A DNA stretch of 59,500 bases, taken from the NCBI GenBank assembly GCA_035478375.1, contig DATIJQ010000024.1, forward strand, positions 1 through 59,500. The letters are read 5' to 3'. The position numbers and the translations under genes were made by a program. The first letter of the stretch is position 1, and each line of letters begins with the position of its first letter. Below, one piece after another: positions 54,787 to 59,500 of this stretch. This DNA comes from Candidatus Saccharimonas sp. (GTDB lineage: Bacteria > Patescibacteriota > Saccharimonadia > Saccharimonadales > EFPC-124). The notes under the pieces are model-generated. The model was not told where the DNA came from and searched no databases. It saw nothing but the letters and a program-made list of their open reading frames with translations.

Positions 54787-57680
54787 TATCGCAACTTAAT
54801 AACGGTTTCGCCATTTAAGTGGCCCTGTTGGGCTTTGGGCTGTGGTGTGGGCGCCGCAGCTGGCGTAATGGACCGAGTTGATGGTTGTTGCTGCGCTGGA
54901 CGGGGAGCGTTGTTTGTGGGTGTACTATCTTCGCCACCATTCCCTTTCTTTTTGCGACGCCGGCGCTTTTTGCGTGCCGGATTAGTGGGTACTATTTGGT
55001 CGGTGGTTTGTGCTTGTGGTTGTTGGGGTGTGAGCGGTGCTGCCGTGGGCGCAGGAGCTACTCGTGGTTGTTCTTCCCTTTTTGTCTCCTCCCCTTTTTG
55101 CTGAACCGCTTTTATTGCCACTTCCCCACTCTGCTTTGCTAAGTCTTTATTGGCGACTGATACTACGCTGGCAGGAATCGGATGTGTCTTTTCTTGTGCG
55201 GCAGACTGTGGTTCTTTGGGCGCTTGTTCTGTTTTTGTTTCGGTTGATTTTTGCTCGGCCGGCTGTCCAGTGGTAGACTGTATTTTTGCGGCGCCAACCA
55301 GGTTGGCAATTTCTTCTTCTACCTCTGATCGCTGACGAGCAAAGTGCAAGCGGCTGGATTCCACAATTTGCGGCGAGAAGTCAGTTTGCACTGGCGGGAG
55401 CGTCAGAGTTGTCGCCGAAAACGCCGGCGCTTTTTCGCCCTTAATAACCATGCTGATAATAAAGTGGCGGTTGGCCATCTCTATGATGTCTTCGGGCGTA
55501 AACTGTGGCGTAAACTGTTTGGACAGCATTGGCGCGTCTTCTGGACTAATACGGAAGCAAATAGTCGTGCCCACGTTACCAAACACGGCGGCGCGCACGG
55601 TATCGGACATTTGGCTGACGTATTGGTTAGCGACTGTCAGGTTAAGACCGTACTTGCGAGCCTCGGACAAAATAGTGGCAAAGGAATCGGTGGCAAAGTT
55701 TTGGAACTCGTCAACGTATAGGTAAAACGGCCGGCGATCTTCGATGTTTGAAATATCCGACCGGCTCATGGCCGCCAGCTGCACTTTGGTGACAATAAAC
55801 GAACCTAAAATTGCGGCGTTGTCTTCGCCAATAAGACCCTTAGACAAGTTGACCACCAAAATTTTGCCTTCATCCATAATTTGGCGAATGTTAAAGGTGC
55901 TTTTTGGCTGACCAACAATGTTACGAATAATCGGGTTTGCCGTAAAGGCGCCGACCTTGTTAAGCACTGGCGCAATGGCTTCGGACGCAAACTTTTCGGT
56001 CCAGCTGGCAAATTCTACGTTCCAGAACTGGCGCACGACGGCGTCTTGGCAGTTTTCGACTACTTTTTTGCGGAACTTTTTATCGGTCAGCATTGGCGCG
56101 ATGTCGAGCAGCGTTGTATTTGGGTAATCCAACAGCGCCAAAATAGTGTAGCGCAAAATGTATTCCAGGCGCGGTCCCCAGCTTTCGGCGAACATGCGTT
56201 TAAGTACGCCGATAATTTCGGAGCTAATATTGTTTTTCATGTTTGGGTTTGTGACTTCCATTGGGTTGAAACCAACTGGGTAGGCGGTGTCTGCAGGATT
56301 AAAAAACACGACATCTTTAATGCGGCTTGGCGGCACGAATTTAAGATTGTTTATGGCAAAGTCGCCGTGCGGGTCGATGATGGCGTAGCCCTGGTTGTGG
56401 AAGACATCACTCAACGCAAAAAGCTCCAACAGACCAGATTTACCCGTACCGGTTTGGCCAATAATATAGGCATGGCGGCCACGATCACTACGGTACATAC
56501 CAAACTGTTGGTTGATACCACGGAAGTTGGTCAGCCCAAAGGCGCTGATGTCTTTGTCGCTGTCGGCGCCAATAATCATAGGCAGTTTTGCTGGCGGTTC
56601 AGCGGTCTTGCTGCTTGCCCACACAATGTTTGGCGTCTCCACGTTTGTGTGTGGCAAGTGGAAGACCGATGCGAGCTCTTCGATGTTTAAAATGTAGCCG
56701 CGATCAATAAAGAATCGCGCACGATATTGGGCGATGCCATCGGTCGAAAAACTGGCGTTTTTTATAGTAAACCCATTGAGGTTGGTGCTGTTGTACTGCT
56801 TAAAAGTCCCGACAATGGCTTGCATGCGCAGCTTGGCGGTTTGCTCGCTGTTGCCCAGGTAAACAATGCGAACTTTAACTTGGTAGCCAAGTTTGATGCT
56901 CTTTTTTTCGACTTCGCTGATACGGCCTTTGTCGCGCTCGCTGACTTCGGGGCCTTTGCCTGATTCTTCTGGCGGCTTGGCAAGCGCACTGAGTGTTTTA
57001 AGCACGTAGTAACCGGCGCTGTTGTTGTGGCTGCTAATCATGCCACTTTTAACGCGCGACGTGTAGCGGCTGGATTTGCGGTGCCATTCGTCGGAGATTG
57101 GGCGAGCTAAGACTTGAATCCACATTTGTTCGCCCGGTTCTTCTAGTTTGGCGAGTGTGGCGGTAATGGCGGCTAGTGGGTCGACTTCAAAGCTTTGGAA
57201 AGTCTTGATCGGCAGCACTTCGTTGTCGATTAGAGTAAGCTCGGCGGTATACGTAACCGTATTAGTAATGTCTTGCGCGGCGTAGTCGTTCTCTGCTTTA
57301 AAGATTTGTACCGTTGGGTACTGGGCGTAAATTTGGCCTTCGACGAAGTTTTGTAAAAAAATGGGCGCCCACACGTAGAATCGAATGCGTTTTTCTATTG
57401 CTGCGACTTCAAAACTAATGTGCTCTTGTAGACCACCTTGCGCGGCGAGCTCTCGTTTAGAGCGCAAAATACCATGTAAACTGGCAAACATTTGTTCGGC
57501 GGCTAATTCTTTTTTGTCGTTAGCGCGCGGAATCTCTAAAATAAGTAAGACATGCTCTTGTTCCCCTACTACTTTGGCGCGTTTATTATTACGCATGGCT
57601 AAATAGCCCAAGGCTAAAGCCACGGGCAGCCATATGTACCACTTGCCAAGCAAGCTGAATAAAAGTGATAGGACGTCCAT
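54786..57680 (-). CDS. VirD4/TraD-like type IV coupling-protein-family ATPase (FtsK/HerA superfamily) with N-terminal TM domain and low-complexity C-terminal tail
   Basis: Two N-terminal TM segments. Walker A IIGQTGTGKSGLLE and Walker B PFYLYVDEFQNFAT, with the NP-rich FFNPADTAYPVGFNPME and TVANQYVSQM blocks typical of T4CP/TraD. The last roughly 220 aa are a P/Q/A/K-rich tail. Confidence 0.7.
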   Translation of the reverse strand: MDVLSLLFSLLGKWYIWLPVALALGYLAMRNNKRAKVVGEQEHVLLILEIPRANDKKELAAEQMFASLHGILRSKRELAAQGGLQEHISFEVAAIEKRIRFYVWAPIFLQNFVEGQIYAQYPTVQIFKAENDYAAQDITNTVTYTAELTLIDNEVLPIKTFQSFEVDPLAAITATLAKLEEPGEQMWIQVLARPISDEWHRKSSRYTSRVKSGMISSHNNSAGYYVLKTLSALAKPPEESGKGPEVSERDKGRISEVEKKSIKLGYQVKVRIVYLGNSEQTAKLRMQAIVGTFKQYNSTNLNGFTIKNASFSTDGIAQYRARFFIDRGYILNIEELASVFHLPHTNVETPNIVWASSKTAEPPAKLPMIIGADSDKDISAFGLTNFRGINQQFGMYRSDRGRHAYIIGQTGTGKSGLLELFALSDVFHNQGYAIIDPHGDFAINNLKFVPPSRIKDVVFFNPADTAYPVGFNPMEVTNPNMKNNISSEIIGVLKRMFAESWGPRLEYILRYTILALLDYPNTTLLDIAPMLTDKKFRKKVVENCQDAVVRQFWNVEFASWTEKFASEAIAPVLNKVGAFTANPIIRNIVGQPKSTFNIRQIMDEGKILVVNLSKGLIGEDNAAILGSFIVTKVQLAAMSRSDISNIEDRRPFYLYVDEFQNFATDSFATILSEARKYGLNLTVANQYVSQMSDTVRAAVFGNVGTTICFRISPEDAPMLSKQFTPQFTPEDIIEMANRHFIISMVIKGEKAPAFSATTLTLPPVQTDFSPQIVESSRLHFARQRSEVEEEIANLVGAAKIQSTTGQPAEQKSTETKTEQAPKEPQSAAQEKTHPIPASVVSVANKDLAKQSGEVAIKAVQQKGEETKREEQPRVAPAPTAAPLTPQQPQAQTTDQIVPTNPARKKRRRRKKKGNGGEDSTPTNNAPRPAQQQPSTRSITPAAAPTPQPKAQQGHLNGETVIKLR

Positions 57681-57774
57681 TGCCTTACCTTTTATTCTCT
57701 CTCAAACTGGCTCGAGTTGCAATCTGTAGTTGAACGTTTTTGATATTTTGTGTCATCTTCCCCAAGGGCCTTAA

Positions 57775-57802
57775 AGGAGCGGTGACTTCTGCCGCCGCTC
57801 CT
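57775..57802 (-). terminator. Hairpin between the sigma/HARE-HTH gene and the T4CP-like gene
   Basis: AGGAGCGG-12 nt-CCGCTCCT. On the minus strand it is followed by UUAAGG (weak U-tract). Confidence 0.4.
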
Positions 57803-57825
57803 GTCTGTTACATTGGCGTGTGCTT

Positions 57826-58869
57826 TTAGGCGTCGGCCAGACCGTAGGTGGCTTTGGCAACGCGTTTAAAGCGCTGTTTGCCCTGCAAGTTTAGTAAGAT
57901 CGTCGTCTCTTTGACCTGGCGGTGTTTGAGTACGCGTTTAACAATTTCGTCGCGGTGCAACGGGCCGGCTTCATCTTTTAAGATGTCGGTAATGATGTCG
58001 GCGACGGTGCCTTTGCTGTAGCCCCAGTCTTTAAGGGCATAAATGCCGCGGCCGATGAGCACAAAACGACTGTCTTTAATCAGTTCGTTATGAATGGCCT
58101 GAGTGGTGACGTCTTTGCGGCGGAAATCAGAGCCTTTAATTGCTTTGGCAATGTCGCTAAAGTGCAGCGGTTTGCTGTTTTCTTGCAAAATAACGTAAAT
58201 TTTATCGCGAATATTTTTAGGGTTGACGGTCGGCCATTTGGTAAGACCCCAGGTGTCTTTGAGGTTAGCAAGATGCTTGCTGACACTGGCCAAGGCACGG
58301 ACGTGGTTGGGGTGAGCGTGGTCTACTTGTGCATGGAGGTCTTCGACACTAAGCGGCACGCCGTGCTTTTTAATAACGTCAACAATGGTGTCGACGTGCT
58401 GTTTAATCTGATCGGCGTCGTGGTGTTCTTTAATGCCAATGGCGTAATGGTAGTTGTCGTTTTCGTCAACAACGGCGAGCTTTGGCGCGATTTCGGCCAA
58501 AAAGGCAACGTGGGCGCGGGTGCGGTCGTCTTGCCGGTCACTAACGCGGGCAGTTAAATCTTGCAAACGAGCAACGCGACCGAGGTCGTGCAGGTTACGA
58601 ATAAATTGCTTTTCGATATTTGCGACGTGTGGCAAGTCATCTTCGGCTGCAAGTCGCAAGCGAATCATAATTGCCTTTTCTAGTTGGCGAACGCGTTCAC
58701 GGGTAATGCCAAGCAGCTCGCCGATTTGTTCCAGCGTTTCTTTGCGGTCGTACAAACCAAAGCGGCGGGCAATAATTTCGCGCTCGCGCTCACGTTCAAC
58801 GGTTGCCAAGATATCCCTGACGGCGCTTTGTAGGTCTAGAGTAGTGACGGCCTCGACAGTTTCGCTCAT
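57826..58869 (-). CDS. Sigma-70 region-4-like HTH fused to HARE-HTH-like winged-helix repeats
   Basis: REIIARRFGLYDRKETLEQIGELLGITRERVRQLEKAIMIRLR is sigma region 4.2. The C-terminal repeats (LHFSDIAKAIKG...RFVLIGRGIYALKDWGY and PLHRDEIVKRVL...FKRVAKATYGLAD) resemble the RpoE-delta/HARE-HTH fold. Confidence 0.65.
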   Translation of the reverse strand: MSETVEAVTTLDLQSAVRDILATVEREREREIIARRFGLYDRKETLEQIGELLGITRERVRQLEKAIMIRLRLAAEDDLPHVANIEKQFIRNLHDLGRVARLQDLTARVSDRQDDRTRAHVAFLAEIAPKLAVVDENDNYHYAIGIKEHHDADQIKQHVDTIVDVIKKHGVPLSVEDLHAQVDHAHPNHVRALASVSKHLANLKDTWGLTKWPTVNPKNIRDKIYVILQENSKPLHFSDIAKAIKGSDFRRKDVTTQAIHNELIKDSRFVLIGRGIYALKDWGYSKGTVADIITDILKDEAGPLHRDEIVKRVLKHRQVKETTILLNLQGKQRFKRVAKATYGLADA

Positions 58870-59026
58870 ATCAAAAAGTTTCCTTATGGTTGTTAACGGA
58901 ATGTTAATATTACTCTAACACAAATGCATGTTGGTGTCAAACACTTTGTATAGATTTTATTATAGCATTTATTTGGCGGGTTAGGTAGTCTCTGCTCTGA
59001 CACTTTTCAGCCTGTGGATAACATGG

Positions 59027-59065
59027 TCGAATAAAGAAATGCCCCGCCCGTTTTAAGGGCGAGGC
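59027..59065 (-). terminator. Rho-independent terminator of the structured RNA
   Basis: On the minus strand the sequence is GCCUCGCCC-UUAAAAC-GGGCGGGGC, followed by AUUUCUUUAUU. Confidence 0.75.
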
Positions 59066-59500
59066 GTCGAGTATGTAGAACAGAGGAGTTACCTGTCGGG
59101 GGAGAGTGTCCGAGACGTGTCGGACCCAACAGGCAACTCCTCTGGCTGGCGAATCTGCATTCGCCTGCTACGTGCGCGGTAAAGTCTTTGGGAATACGCA
59201 CGCAATCCCGCCGGCAGCCTGGGGTACAGATGACTGCCGAGGTCGTTGCCCCACAGCAACGGAAGTTTACGCCAGGAGGCAACCCCAACTCAGGGGCGCT
59301 GTGTAGGCAGTTGCCTCCTGGCTGCAACCAGTGCGGTAACGCGTCGCAACCGCACTGACTGCACTGTCGCCAACATTCCTCACCATGTAGAGGATGCTGA
59401 CGGCAGCTTGTACCGCGAACCTTGCGGCTCAAGCGGTGCGTTTAGTGGCAGAGCGCCTGCCTGCGCCCTGCCGTTTTCAGCACGCCGAGGCTGGACTAGA
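59030..59500 (-). ncRNA. Highly structured GC-rich RNA candidate, class unresolved (5' end at or beyond the window edge)
   Basis: A chain of long stems: a 13-bp perfect stem GCCAGGAGGCAAC/GTTGCCTCCTGGC; a 9-bp stem CAGTGCGGT/ACCGCACTG; a 7-bp stem GGCGAAT/ATTCGCC; and a terminal hairpin of about 16 bp at 59081-59144. The mismatches become G-U pairs only when read on the minus strand. A minus-strand intrinsic terminator lies at 59027-59065. The only ORF here is Cys/Arg-rich and implausible. Confidence 0.5.

Noticed and set aside
55881-56690. 269-aa plus-strand ORF, plus several 60-150-aa ORFs between 54643 and 57606
   Set aside because: All are antisense to the 964-aa ATPase gene, which carries Walker A and B motifs. 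The ones over 54800-55350 merely mirror its low-complexity tail.
27053-59021. Perfect DnaA-box 9-mers TGTGGATAA at 27053-27061, 45158-45166 and 59013-59021 as a replication origin
   Set aside because: They are 14-18 kb apart, one lies inside a coding region, and there is no cluster with an AT-rich unwinding element or an adjacent dnaA/dnaN. This is not an oriC. Only the copy abutting the mraZ boxes is kept as a side note.
59007-59432. 141-aa minus-strand ORF
   Set aside because: It is Cys/Arg/Gly-rich, starts at TTG, has no SD, and coincides exactly with the stem-loop series and runs through the terminator. The region is better explained as RNA.
59030-59500. Calling the structured RNA RNase P RNA, tmRNA, SRP RNA or a cobalamin riboswitch
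   Set aside because: The universally conserved strings I know for these classes are absent on either strand: GGAAAGUCC and ACAGAAxCCGGCUUA; GGUUCGAxUCC with a CCA end and a tag ORF; GGAAGCAGCC; the GGGAA...GGUG...B12-box core. I found only short, ambiguous similarities. The class is left unassigned pending a covariance-model search.
1-59500. CRISPR arrays, tRNA/rRNA genes, IS elements, integrases, prophage genes
   Set aside because: I found no regularly spaced direct repeats, no T-loop/acceptor-type tRNA signatures in the intergenic regions, no rRNA signature strings, and no transposase, integrase or capsid-like ORFs.

Overview
This 59.5-kb window is a densely coding chromosomal segment with about 62 protein genes. 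No rRNA, tRNA, CRISPR array, transposase or integrase was recognised. The genetic code is standard: a full-length RF2 is present and TGA stops are used.

Recognisable content:
- Translation and secretion: serS (partial), hpf, secA, prfB, rpmA, glyQS.
- Cell wall and division: murD plus an overlapping PP-loop ATPase; ftsE-ftsX followed by a PcsB-like CHAP hydrolase and a CtpA protease; ddl; and a compact dcw cluster (mraZ-rsmH-ftsL-ftsI-mraY-ftsW-murG-ftsQ).
- DNA repair: xseA, xseB, recO, an AlkD-like protein, radC.
- Transport and membrane: a three-gene ABC-2 transporter, an MMPL transporter, and two paralogous 6-TM proteins.
- Regulators: two TrmB-type regulators and three two-component proteins.
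- Sugar metabolism: a GH1 / YvcK / HAD / GalU block.
- At the right end: an alpha/beta-hydrolase, a 964-aa VirD4/TraD-like ATPase, a sigma-region-4/HARE-HTH protein and a heavily structured GC-rich RNA candidate.

The gene style suggests a small-genome, Gram-positive-type organism, possibly Patescibacteria/Saccharibacteria-like. This taxonomic reading is inference only.

Main second-look items:
1. A mosaic of GC-rich orphan genes led by Shine-Dalgarno (SD) sites is wedged between AT-normal housekeeping genes, most of which start 6-9 nt after a -10 box (leaderless architecture).
2. A phased array of GTGGG boxes lies upstream of mraZ.
3. The murD + PP-loop pair resembles the MurD2/MurL route to D-Glu.
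4. Two TGTCC-N8-GGACA operators sit in a TrmB divergent promoter.
5. An unexplained 0.7-kb AT-rich convergent gap carrying repeats lies where ftsA/ftsZ would be expected.
6. The orphan coupling-protein-like ATPase module sits next to an unclassified structured RNA of more than 430 nt.
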